Source: Candidatus Magasanikbacteria bacterium GW2011_GWA2_37_8 (GTDB lineage Bacteria; Patescibacteriota; Patescibacteriia; Magasanikbacterales; GWA2-37-8). Taken from it: a stretch of 64,000 bases of DNA. The stretch covers positions 1,498 to 65,497 of the forward strand of contig LBTN01000012.1 in assembly GCA_000992085.1 (NCBI GenBank), given 5' to 3'. How positions within the stretch are numbered: position 1 is the first letter of the stretch; each line of letters starts with the position of its first letter. A program made the translations under genes and the position numbers. Below are positions 10,504-19,067 of this stretch, piece by piece. Under the pieces are notes generated by a model. It was given only the letters and a program-made list of their open reading frames with translations, had not been told where the DNA came from and made no database searches.

Positions 10504-11550
10504 ATGCAAGATAAATTATTACAATTAAAAACTAATGCTTTAGCTGCGATTAAATTGGTTAAAGATAAAGCCCGGCTAGAAGAAATTGAAAATAAATTAT
10601 TAGGGCGAAAGAGTGGAGAATTAACCGAGTTATTAAAAGGTTTAAAAGAATTAGCAGCCGATACTCGTAAAGTTGTTGGTCAAATTGCTAATGAAGTAAA
10701 AACTGAAATTGAATCGGCTTTACAAGAAAAACAACAAGAATTATCCACCAGTAGTTGGGCAGACGCTTTAGAAAAAGAGCGGGTAGATATTACCCAGCCA
10801 GCATTGCCGGCGGCAGAATATGGCCACTATCATCCCAACACTATTGTTCAACGTGATTTGGAGGATCTTTTTACGGCAATGGGTTTTATGGTACTAGACG
10901 GTCCAGAATTAGAAAGTGATTATTATAATTTTACCGCAGTAAATATCCCTGCTACTCATCCAGCTAGGGATATGCAAGATACTTTTTATATCAAGGGTCA
11001 TGGCCAAAATTCGGATTCGCCTTGGGTGATGCGCACGCATACTTCTACTATGCAAGTACGTTCGCTTCAGAAGTATGGTACCCCGCTTAAAATGATTGTG
11101 CCAGGAAAATGTTATCGTAACGAAGCCACTGATCCAAGGCATGAACATACCTTTTATCAGCTAGAGGGCATGGTGATTGACAAAGGAATTACTTTTTCTC
11201 ATTTAAAGGGTGTATTAGAGGCGGTAGCCAAACATTTATACGGCGAAGAGACTGAAGTTCGTTTAATGCCTAAATTTTATCCATTTGTAGAACCGGGTGT
11301 ACGTGGTGAAGTAACTTGTTTTTTGTGTAAGGGTAAGGGCTGTCGTTTGTGTAAAAATAGTGGCTGGTTAGAAATCTTTGGTGCTGGTATGACCCATCCT
11401 AATGTTTTAAAAGAAGGTGGTATAGACCCGAATGTTTATCAGGGTTTTGCTTTTGGTTTTGGATTGACCAGACTAGTAATGCTAAAATACGGTATTAGTG
11501 ATGTTCGTCTTTTAGAAAGTGGGGATTTAAGATTTTTAGAACAATTTTAA
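10504..11550 (+). CDS. pheS: Phenylalanine-tRNA ligase alpha subunit
   Basis: HPARDMQDTFY, RTHTS, FYPFVEP, GFAFGFG. Confidence 0.98.
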   Translation: MQDKLLQLKTNALAAIKLVKDKARLEEIENKLLGRKSGELTELLKGLKELAADTRKVVGQIANEVKTEIESALQEKQQELSTSSWADALEKERVDITQPALPAAEYGHYHPNTIVQRDLEDLFTAMGFMVLDGPELESDYYNFTAVNIPATHPARDMQDTFYIKGHGQNSDSPWVMRTHTSTMQVRSLQKYGTPLKMIVPGKCYRNEATDPRHEHTFYQLEGMVIDKGITFSHLKGVLEAVAKHLYGEETEVRLMPKFYPFVEPGVRGEVTCFLCKGKGCRLCKNSGWLEIFGAGMTHPNVLKEGGIDPNVYQGFAFGFGLTRLVMLKYGISDVRLLESGDLRFLEQF

Positions 11551-11551
11551 T

Positions 11552-13999
11552 ATGTTATTAAGTTATAATTGGTTAAAACAATATTTAAATTTACCTAGTG
11601 CAGTTACCGTCTTTGACGTAGGAGAGAAATTAAAAATTTCTACAGTAGAGGTAGAAGCTATTAAAAAAATGGGAGAGAACTTAGAAAATATTGTAGTGGG
11701 GAAAGTGATGTCGGCCGATAAACACCCAGACGCAGATAAATTGAAATTATGTAAAGTTGATATTGGCCATGAACAAGTGAAAATTGTTTGTGGTGGATCA
11801 AATGTTGTCGAAGGCATGTTAGTGGCCTTAGCTAAAATCGGAGCAAAAGTGCGGTGGCATGGAGAGGGAGATTTGATTGAGCTGGCGGCAACTAAAATTC
11901 GTGGTATTGAATCATCTGGTATGATTTGCGCTTCAGCCGAAATTGGTTTGGGCGACATGTTCCCAATAAAAGATGAGAAAGAAATTTTAGATTTAACCAA
12001 TTATAATTTTAAAGTAGGCGAACCATTAACCAAAGCTTTAGGTTTGGACGATATTGTTTTAGAAATTGACAATAAATCACTTTCTAATCGTCCAGATTTA
12101 TGGGGACATTACGGTATTGCCCGTGAAGTGGCGGTTTTATTTAATAAAGATTTAGCTGATTATAAGACAGAAGAAATTAAAACAGGTAAAGAATTAAAAG
12201 TAACAGTAGAAGTTTTGGATAAAAAATTATGCCCGCGCTACATGGCCGTGGCGGTAGGTGGGATAAAAGTAGGGCCATCACCAGATTGGTTAAAAAAGAA
12301 GCTGTTAACCGTTGGTATTAACCCAATTAATAATATTGTGGATATTACCAATTATGTAATGTTGGATATTGGGCAACCAATGCACGCTTTTGACGCTGAG
12401 TTAGTTGGTAATGATACAAACACAAAAATTATTACAATTCGTTTAGCGGAAGACAAAGAAAAATTTAAAGCTTTAGATGACAACGAGTACGAATTAACAG
12501 AAAATGATTTGGTAATAGCTGATTCTGAAAAAGTTTTGGCGGTTGCTGGTGTAATCGGCGGGGTATCAAGTGCTATTACCAATAACACCAAGGCGATTAT
12601 TTTTGAATCTGCCAATTTTTTGGCTACCAATATTCGCAAAACCTCAACTAGGCTAGATGTGCGCACCGACTCGGCACAAAGATTTGAAAAAAGTTTAGAT
12701 CCAAATTTATGCGAGCTGGCTTTAAAAAAGGCTGTCGAATTGGTTTGCCAAATTTGTCCAGAGGCAAAAGCAATTAGTAAGGTGGTAGATGAATCCGATT
12801 TTGTTTTGCCGGTTGGACCAATCGAAATTGCTAAAAATTTGTTTGAAAAGAAAATTGGAGCTGTTATTCCAGAAAAAGAAATTGTAAGAATTTTAGAAAA
12901 ATTAGGTTTTGAATTAAAAGATAAAAAAGATGCGTGGTCAGTTAAAATTCCTACTTGGCGTGCCACCAAAGATATTTCTTTAGCCGAAGATTTGGTAGAA
13001 GAAGTCTTGCGAATTTATGGTTATGATAAAATAGTAAGTAGTTTACCTAATTTCCCGATTAACCCGCCGGTGGTTAATAAGTTGCGAAAATTAGAACACC
13101 AGGTAGTAGATATTTTGGTGCAGAAATTTTCTTATAACGAAGTGTATAATTATTCTTTTATTAGCGGTGAACAGATTAAAAATTTGGCCGATGATCCAGC
13201 TTTTTATATCGAATTAGATAATCCGCTAGCCAAAGATAGACCATATTTACGTCGTCAATTGTTGCCTAATTTATTAGCCAATGTCGCTGGTAATATTAGT
13301 CATAGATCCGAAGTAAAGATTTTTGAAATTGGCAAAGTGTTTCGAAATAATAAATCTGGTTTAAGAACAGCAGAAAATAGCGACGAATTACTACCAAATC
13401 AGGACGTGTGGTTTACAGCCGTGTATGTAAGCAAAAAAGAGCAAAATCCATTTTGGGAGGTGCGACGGTTGTTGGAAGCTTTGGGCCAAGAATTAAAATT
13501 TGATTGGGAAACTGTTTTAGAAGAAAAAGTTCCAGTTCGTGAGCACGCGACTCGGACAGCTTTGATTAGGTCAAATATTCCAGTCGGTGTAGTTGGAGAA
13601 GTGGCACCAAAAATATCAGAAAATTTTGGTGTGGATTATCGAGTGGGATTTTTACAATTAAATTTAAGCGATTTGCAGGAATCCGGTAAGTTTAAAGAAA
13701 TTAATTATGTACCCGCTTCTAACTATCCAGAGGTAGAACGCGATGTAGCAATAGTAGTAAATAAAAAATTTACTCATCAAGAAATAGTAAACGAACTTCA
13801 AAAAATTGATCCATTATTAATCAAAGTAGAGTTGTTTGATGTTTATACTGGCGAACATGTCGCCATAGATAAAAAGAGTATGGCTTATCGTCTAACTTAT
13901 TATCACCCCGATCATACTTTAGTTAGTGTCGAAGTAGATACTATTCACAATAAAGTTTTATCTCTGTTGCAAAAAAAGTTTAGCGCCGAGATTCGTTAG
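11552..13999 (+). CDS. pheT: Phenylalanine-tRNA ligase beta subunit
   Basis: HPDADKL, NRPD, NNIVDITNYVM, B5 DLVEEV, FDX-ACB C-terminus. Confidence 0.98.
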   Translation: MLLSYNWLKQYLNLPSAVTVFDVGEKLKISTVEVEAIKKMGENLENIVVGKVMSADKHPDADKLKLCKVDIGHEQVKIVCGGSNVVEGMLVALAKIGAKVRWHGEGDLIELAATKIRGIESSGMICASAEIGLGDMFPIKDEKEILDLTNYNFKVGEPLTKALGLDDIVLEIDNKSLSNRPDLWGHYGIAREVAVLFNKDLADYKTEEIKTGKELKVTVEVLDKKLCPRYMAVAVGGIKVGPSPDWLKKKLLTVGINPINNIVDITNYVMLDIGQPMHAFDAELVGNDTNTKIITIRLAEDKEKFKALDDNEYELTENDLVIADSEKVLAVAGVIGGVSSAITNNTKAIIFESANFLATNIRKTSTRLDVRTDSAQRFEKSLDPNLCELALKKAVELVCQICPEAKAISKVVDESDFVLPVGPIEIAKNLFEKKIGAVIPEKEIVRILEKLGFELKDKKDAWSVKIPTWRATKDISLAEDLVEEVLRIYGYDKIVSSLPNFPINPPVVNKLRKLEHQVVDILVQKFSYNEVYNYSFISGEQIKNLADDPAFYIELDNPLAKDRPYLRRQLLPNLLANVAGNISHRSEVKIFEIGKVFRNNKSGLRTAENSDELLPNQDVWFTAVYVSKKEQNPFWEVRRLLEALGQELKFDWETVLEEKVPVREHATRTALIRSNIPVGVVGEVAPKISENFGVDYRVGFLQLNLSDLQESGKFKEINYVPASNYPEVERDVAIVVNKKFTHQEIVNELQKIDPLLIKVELFDVYTGEHVAIDKKSMAYRLTYYHPDHTLVSVEVDTIHNKVLSLLQKKFSAEIR

Positions 14000-14004
14000 T
14001 AATT

Positions 14005-14040
14005 ATCCCCAGCTTAAAAAGTTGGGGATTTTATTTTTTT
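14005..14040 (+). terminator. Intrinsic terminator after pheT
   Basis: atccccagct...agttggggat followed by T-run. Confidence 0.65.
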
Positions 14041-14115
14041 ATGGTATAATGTATTCATAAATTTTAATTTATTTTTCGACTCCATGCTTGGCGAAAAATA
14101 TTAAAGAGGGGAAAT

Positions 14116-14502
14116 ATGTTTGAAACTTCAAAAGATATTTTGTATCTTGTAATAGCTTTCTGCGTTGTGTGGACTACAGTATTTTTGTGTTGGATGTTTT
14201 ATTATGTAATGCGACTATTGCGCAACACCAACGAAATTGTAGAAGAGTTCCGAAGCCGATTAGAAACTTTAATGGAAATAGTTCACAACATTCATGGCAA
14301 GGTAGAAAAAATTTCTAGTTTAATTACTTTGGCCACCGAAGGCGCTGGTGGATTAGTTAAAAAAATGATTGTTAAAAAAACATCCGATTGGTTGGGTAAA
14401 ACCGAGAACAATTTTAATGGCGCAGCCAAAGATGCAGTAAGTAAAGCAGTATCGGCCACTACCAAAAAAATGAAAAAAGTAACCAAGAAAATAAAGAAAT
14501 AA
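14116..14502 (+). CDS. Hypothetical single-pass membrane protein
   Basis: N-terminal TM, coiled coil, Lys-rich tail. Confidence 0.7.
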   Translation: MFETSKDILYLVIAFCVVWTTVFLCWMFYYVMRLLRNTNEIVEEFRSRLETLMEIVHNIHGKVEKISSLITLATEGAGGLVKKMIVKKTSDWLGKTENNFNGAAKDAVSKAVSATTKKMKKVTKKIKK

Positions 14503-14531
14503 AATTGGTTTAAAATATCGAATTTATTATT

Positions 14532-14561
14532 AAAATCTGCCTTTAAAAAGGGCAGATTTTT
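14532..14561 (+). terminator. Intrinsic terminator just upstream of the DGR promoter
   Basis: aaaatctgcc...ggcagatttt(t). Confidence 0.75.
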
Positions 14562-14593
14562 GTTAACCAGCTCAGTTGTTGTTCAGTTGTTGT

Positions 14594-14622
14594 TTGACAG
14601 AAATGTAAATTTGTGCTATAAT
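14594..14622 (+). promoter_or_regulatory. Consensus sigma70 promoter of DGR target gene
   Basis: TTGACA(14594-99), 17-nt spacer, TATAAT(14617-22), with extended -10 TG. Confidence 0.85.
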
Positions 14623-14762
14623 ACCACGTTCTTTTAAAATTTGGCTAAATTACGAGGCAAGCGCTATGAATGTGCTAGTTTTAGTGTGTTTATAGCGCTT
14701 GCCTTACGTAAGGCAGACTGTAACCCGAGCAGTATAAATCGGGAGGATTGTGGAGGTGGACG

Positions 14763-15644
14763 ATGACGACTCGAGGGTCGATCACATCCGGTCAGAGTAG
14801 GCGGATTGCGCAGTTCGGTTCCGACGCGGTTGAGGTCGTGCTCGCGGAGCTCGATCTCAGCCAGGATGGTGCGCAGTGCGTAATAGAGCAGAACGGGGAG
14901 GAGTTCTGCGAGGCCATGCGCAACGCCGCACGCGTCGCGCTACGGGTCATGTCCATGCCCAACCAGTTCGCGGACGAGGAGGTCGACTCCAACTTCACCT
15001 ACCCGCCCGAGTACAAGGGCGTGAAGGGGGTCGCGGAGCAGACCAACATCCTGCGGGGGTTATTTCCGGGTCTCGGGTTCGCCGACGAGAAGGTCGTGGC
15101 GCTCCCGCTGCCCAAGCACGCCGAGGGTTGGTTCGCCATCCCGCGGTGGCAGAACATCGCCCCGACCTACGGCGAGGCGGTGGAGAAGGTGTCGGCTCTG
15201 ATCGTGTCCAGGCGGACGTTCTACAACTACCGCCAGGGCAAGCTTGCGGCCAGATACTTGCGCCAGCACGCGCGGACCGAGAAGTTCCTCCGCCAGGTCG
15301 GTGACCAGCAGAAGGATTTTGATATCCTCGTGGTTGCGGCCCAGTTCGGCCTGCGTTTCCGTGGCAAGTCGGTTCGGCGTTCCAGGGTGCTGTTCGAGAA
15401 GAACGAGTACGGTTTGGGTGCATTCGCCATCGGCATCATGCTGTTGACGCACCCCGAGCGACTCGTTCGTTGGGAGCAGCTCCACGTGGACTGCGCGGGC
15501 GACGAGTATTCGGCCGACGGCGATGGCGTCTTCTCCGAGGCGCCCTATTTCTACTTCGACGACGACGAGCTGAGGTTCGGCACGCGCGACTGTTCCAGCT
15601 ACAGCGGCCCTTTCGGGTCGGCGTCCGGCTTCCTCGCGCAGTAG
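14763..15644 (+). CDS. DGR target (variable) protein, probable C-terminal CLec-like domain
   Basis: ATG at 14763 after GGAGGT (ORF track starts at TTG 14748); last 43 codons are the VR, ending FGSASGFLAQ; GC-rich. Confidence 0.92.
   Translation: MTTRGSITSGQSRRIAQFGSDAVEVVLAELDLSQDGAQCVIEQNGEEFCEAMRNAARVALRVMSMPNQFADEEVDSNFTYPPEYKGVKGVAEQTNILRGLFPGLGFADEKVVALPLPKHAEGWFAIPRWQNIAPTYGEAVEKVSALIVSRRTFYNYRQGKLAARYLRQHARTEKFLRQVGDQQKDFDILVVAAQFGLRFRGKSVRRSRVLFEKNEYGLGAFAIGIMLLTHPERLVRWEQLHVDCAGDEYSADGDGVFSEAPYFYFDDDELRFGTRDCSSYSGPFGSASGFLAQ
15513..15642 (+). repeat. DGR variable repeat (VR)
   Basis: 130-nt ungapped match to 16231-16360; 14 differences, all opposite TR adenines. Confidence 0.97.
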
Positions 15645-15849
15645 CCCCTTGGCCACTTGAACACTTGGATCTTTTGACATCTTGTCGCTGGATATTTGAG
15701 TTCATTTCTGCCGTCAGGCAGTCGCCGGCTCTGGGGTATCTGCACGCGTCACGTCTTGCCAGCCAATTCAACAAGGAGGGGTTTCCGGTTCAACCGGAGA
15801 TTCGGCGCCATGCCGAATCAAGGGGTGCGTTTGTTCCTACAAGTGCACC

Positions 15850-15903
15850 TACCCCGTTCAGTTTTCATCTAAAGTAGGTGGAAGTTGAACGGGGTATTTT
15901 TTT
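15850..15903 (+). terminator. Long intrinsic terminator after target gene
   Basis: 22-bp stem taccccgttcagttttcatcta/taggtggaagttgaacggggta (4 G-U), 3-nt loop, T7. Confidence 0.8.
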
Positions 15904-16230
15904 AACAAAATTATTGCAAACTATTGCAAACTATTGCAATTTATTTTATTCCAGATATAATATTATTCAGTAAGGCTAATGTACGGCAGTCTACTGATCG
16001 CCGTCGCCAAACTTCTCAATCAACCGAGAAAAACAACCAGAGTCTTGGCGATTATTATTTCCAAGAGCGTGTTGTGTTGAGGGGATACTGCTTGTCTTTG
16101 TCTGGTACAGGTCTCCGACGTTTTGTCGTGGGTGCTGTCAAATAAAATTCAGAGCTAAGAGCATATATTTTTGCAGCCAGCGGAAGGTAAAGCTCGAGGT
16201 TTGGTGATAATAGATGGGCAAAGATAATTA

Positions 16231-16360
16231 GCCGACGGCGATGGCGTCTTCTCCAAGGCGCCCTATTTCAACTTCAACGACGACAAGCTGAAGTTCGACA
16301 CGAACGACTGTTCCAACTACAACGACAATTTCGGGTCGGCGTCCGGCTTCCTCGCGAAGT
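16231..16360 (+). repeat. DGR template repeat (TR)
   Basis: Intergenic copy of VR rich in AAC/AAG/AAT/GAC codons; 30 adenines. Confidence 0.97.
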
Positions 16361-16370
16361 CTCTCCCCAA

Positions 16371-16411
16371 ATAACAAAGGGTGTTCCGTAATGGAACACC
16401 CTTTCTGTTAT
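16371..16411. other. Strong hairpin 3' of TR and 3' of avd
   Basis: ataac-aaagggtgttcc GTAAT ggaacacccttt-ct-gttat (12-bp perfect core). Confidence 0.75.
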
Positions 16412-16421
16412 CGTTGTTTTT

Positions 16422-16772
16422 TTACGTTGTTTTGCAGGATTTTATCCAACCACCTAGCATGCGGCCGATCTCGTCCACAATATTCTCTAAGGTCACATAC
16501 TTTTTGTTGTCTATAGTCTTAACATCTTTTAGTAATCGAATAAAGACACGCAACATATTTAGTTTTAAACTAACATGTTCCAATGTTGCTACTTTATTTA
16601 ACTTAGATTCAGTGCCAGCTTGGATAACGCCTTCGGTTACGGCCATGACAAAAATTTCACAACGTTCAAAAACAGTATAGCGGTCTTGTTTTGGTACACT
16701 TTTGCGGTATTCGTGTAGAAGCTTATACAATTCGTATGTCTTTTTAAAGATGGGTATATCTAAATCATTCAT
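16422..16772 (-). CDS. avd: DGR accessory variability determinant (Avd, four-helix bundle)
   Basis: 116 aa, PIFKKTYEL...PKQDRY...LRVFIRL...EIGRMLGGW; located between TR and RT. Confidence 0.9.
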   Translation of the reverse strand: MNDLDIPIFKKTYELYKLLHEYRKSVPKQDRYTVFERCEIFVMAVTEGVIQAGTESKLNKVATLEHVSLKLNMLRVFIRLLKDVKTIDNKKYVTLENIVDEIGRMLGGWIKSCKTT

Positions 16773-16777
16773 ATGAT

Positions 16778-17721
16778 ATGAAAGTTATTAATAATATATA
16801 TGGCAGGATCGTTTCTCTGGAAAATTTGGTAATGGCTTGGGATGAATTTAAGGTTGGCAAAACTCAAAAGGAGGATGTGACGGAATTTGAATTTTTCTTG
16901 GAGCAAAATTTATTTGCTTTGCATGAAGAATTAAAAACCAAAAAATATCGCCATGGGCTATATACCTCATTTTACATTCGCGATCCAAAGGTTCGCCATA
17001 TTCATAAAGCCACAGTGAAGGAATTTTAGCCTTAGAGACAATGATCCGCCAAGTTAGCCATAACTATACCAAGCAGTGTTATGTCTTAAAATGTGATGTG
17101 CGCAAATTTTTTGATTCCATTGACCACGGCGTATTATTAGAAATGCTCTCCAAAAAAATTATTGATCGGAATACCAATTGGTTGTTGGAGCGAATAATCC
17201 AAAGTTTTGCCGTTGGCTACACAACTTTGTTTGAACGGCAGGGTGTGCCTATTGGTAATCTTACCTCCCAATTATTCGCTAATGTTTATATGAATGAATT
17301 TGACCAATATGTGAAGCATAAATTAAAAGTTAAACATTACGCGCGCTACACCGACGACTTTATGATTGTGGCAAACGACAGACAATATTTAGTTGATTTA
17401 CTTTTTCCTATCCGCGAATTTTTACAGAATCGTCTGAAGTTGATTTTGCATCCCAAAAAAGTATCTTTGCGTAAATATCGCCAAGGTGCAGATTTTTTAG
17501 GGTCTGTGATTTTACCACAATATCGGCTTTTGCGAAACAAAACAAAACGTCGTATTTTTCGTAAATTACAGTGTCGAGTAAAAGAATTTAAAGAGAATAA
17601 AATTGATGAAATACGGTTAGAACAATCCTTACAATCTTATTTGGGTGTATTATCGCATACTAATGCCTATCATTTGAGTGACGAGATAAAGAACCAGTTT
17701 TGGTTTTGGTTGGGAGAGTAA
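16778..17721 (+). pseudogene. DGR reverse transcriptase, split by internal deletion/frameshift near 17017-17022
   Basis: Fragments 16778-17029 (..IRDPKVRHIHKATV) and 17041-17721 (VLKCDVRKFFDSIDH, GVPIGNLTSQLFAN, RYTDDF, DFLG); frame 2 extends upstream as GILALET. Confidence 0.9.
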
Positions 17722-17804
17722 TTAGATAGGGTTTTTTACCTGTTTTTTCTATTATTTTTGTTATTGCCTTTATTTACTTTTTGCGTTAAAATACCCCCAC
17801 TAAA

Positions 17805-19064
17805 ATGATTATGATTATAGTTGATTTACATATCCATTCGCGGTTTTCTCGGGCTTGTTCGCCTGAATTAAATTTGCCTAATATTGCGGAGTGGTGCGGT
17901 ATTAAAGGTATAAATTTGGTGGCAACGGGCGATTTTACCCATCCAGCTTGGTTTGAAGAAATTAAAGATAATTTAATTGAGGAAGGTAATGGACTACTGC
18001 ACCTAAAGAACGGTAATTCAGAAATTAAGTTTATTTTAGGTACCGAAGTGTCTTGTATTTATTCACAAGGCGGAAAAACCAGACGGGTGCATTTGTGTTT
18101 GTTTTTTCCTAATTTGGCAGATGTAGAGAAATTTAATAATACCCTTACTGATCGTGGCTGTAATATTCATTCTGATGGCCGGCCAATTTTGGGGTTATCC
18201 TCAATTGAGGTTTTAAAAATAATGAAAAGTATTAACGAAAGATCGGTAATGATTCCGGCGCATGCTTGGACGCCTTGGTTTGCGGTGTTTGGTTCAAAAT
18301 CTGGTTTTGATTCGCTAGAAGAATGTTTTGGTGATTTAAGTTCAGAAATTTTTGCAATTGAAACTGGGTTATCAAGCGACCCGGCTATGAACTGGATGTT
18401 GTCGGCGTTAGACAAAGTAACATTAGTATCTAGTTCCGATGCACACAGTTTGCCTAATTTAGGGCGTGAAGCCAATGTATTTAATTTGGATATTGCTAAA
18501 GCCAGTTATGATGATTTGTTTTTAGCAATCAAAAACAAGGATCCAAAAATATTTTTAAACACAGTCGAATTTTATCCAGAAGAAGGGATGTATCATTTTG
18601 ATGGCCACCGTGATTGTGATGTTTGTTTTGCTCCAGCCGATACCAAGAAAAACAAAAATATTTGTCCAAAGTGTAAAAAACCAGTGGTAGTGGGCGTGCT
18701 AAACAGGGTAGAGGTGTTAGCCGATCGGGCCGAAGGTTTTGTGCCGTCAAACAGTATTCCATTTGTTAGTTTGGTGGGGTTAGATAAAATTATTTGTGAA
18801 GCGTTGGGCATTAAATCCAGATCTAGTAACAAAGTACAAAAAAAATATAACGAATTAATTAAAAAAGGAGATAACGAATTTAATATTTTATTAAATTTGT
18901 CTTATCCCGAATTAGCTAAAATTACTTTACCAGAAATTGTAGAAGGTATTCGCCGTGTGCGTGAGAAAAAACTATCAATTAGCCCTGGATTTGATGGGCA
19001 ATATGGTAAAGTAACTATTTTTAGTAGTGAAGAAAGAAAAGTTTTTCAAGAAAAATTGTTTTAA
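17805..19064 (+). CDS. Endonuclease Q family PHP-domain protein
   Basis: DLHIHSRFSRACS, TGDFTHP, PAHAWTP, ETGLSSD, SDAHS, C4 zinc finger, PGFDGQYG. Confidence 0.88.
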   Translation: MIMIIVDLHIHSRFSRACSPELNLPNIAEWCGIKGINLVATGDFTHPAWFEEIKDNLIEEGNGLLHLKNGNSEIKFILGTEVSCIYSQGGKTRRVHLCLFFPNLADVEKFNNTLTDRGCNIHSDGRPILGLSSIEVLKIMKSINERSVMIPAHAWTPWFAVFGSKSGFDSLEECFGDLSSEIFAIETGLSSDPAMNWMLSALDKVTLVSSSDAHSLPNLGREANVFNLDIAKASYDDLFLAIKNKDPKIFLNTVEFYPEEGMYHFDGHRDCDVCFAPADTKKNKNICPKCKKPVVVGVLNRVEVLADRAEGFVPSNSIPFVSLVGLDKIICEALGIKSRSSNKVQKKYNELIKKGDNEFNILLNLSYPELAKITLPEIVEGIRRVREKKLSISPGFDGQYGKVTIFSSEERKVFQEKLF

Positions 19065-19067
19065 GTT

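Larger units (their letters stand above)
14594..17721 (+). mobile_element. Diversity-generating retroelement (target/VR - TR - avd[antisense] - RT)
   Basis: VR/TR pair with adenine-only mismatches, Avd-like gene, DGR-type RT motifs. Confidence 0.97.

Noticed and set aside
14792..15877. Many overlapping ORFs on both strands in and after the DGR target (e.g. 15060-15680 minus, 14876-15304 plus)
   Set aside because: Expected from stop-codon scarcity in GC-rich DNA; only 14763-15644 has an RBS and is in frame with the VR codons
15924..16145. 73-aa ORF upstream of TR
   Set aside because: TTG start inside a tandem repeat/promoter, not protein-like; better explained as an RNA leader
16381..16680. 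99-aa plus-strand ORF
   Set aside because: Antisense shadow of avd, starting inside a hairpin
16422..16772. Four-helix bundle as 23S rRNA intervening-sequence protein
   Set aside because: No rRNA nearby; position between TR and RT indicates Avd
17020..17045. Programmed frameshift restoring the RT
   Set aside because: A frameshift alone could not supply the missing conserved segment, and there is no slippery heptamer
16778..17721. RT as group II intron or retron
   Set aside because: Short, no maturase/endonuclease extension, has the DGR GNLTSQ motif, and sits with avd and a TR/VR pair
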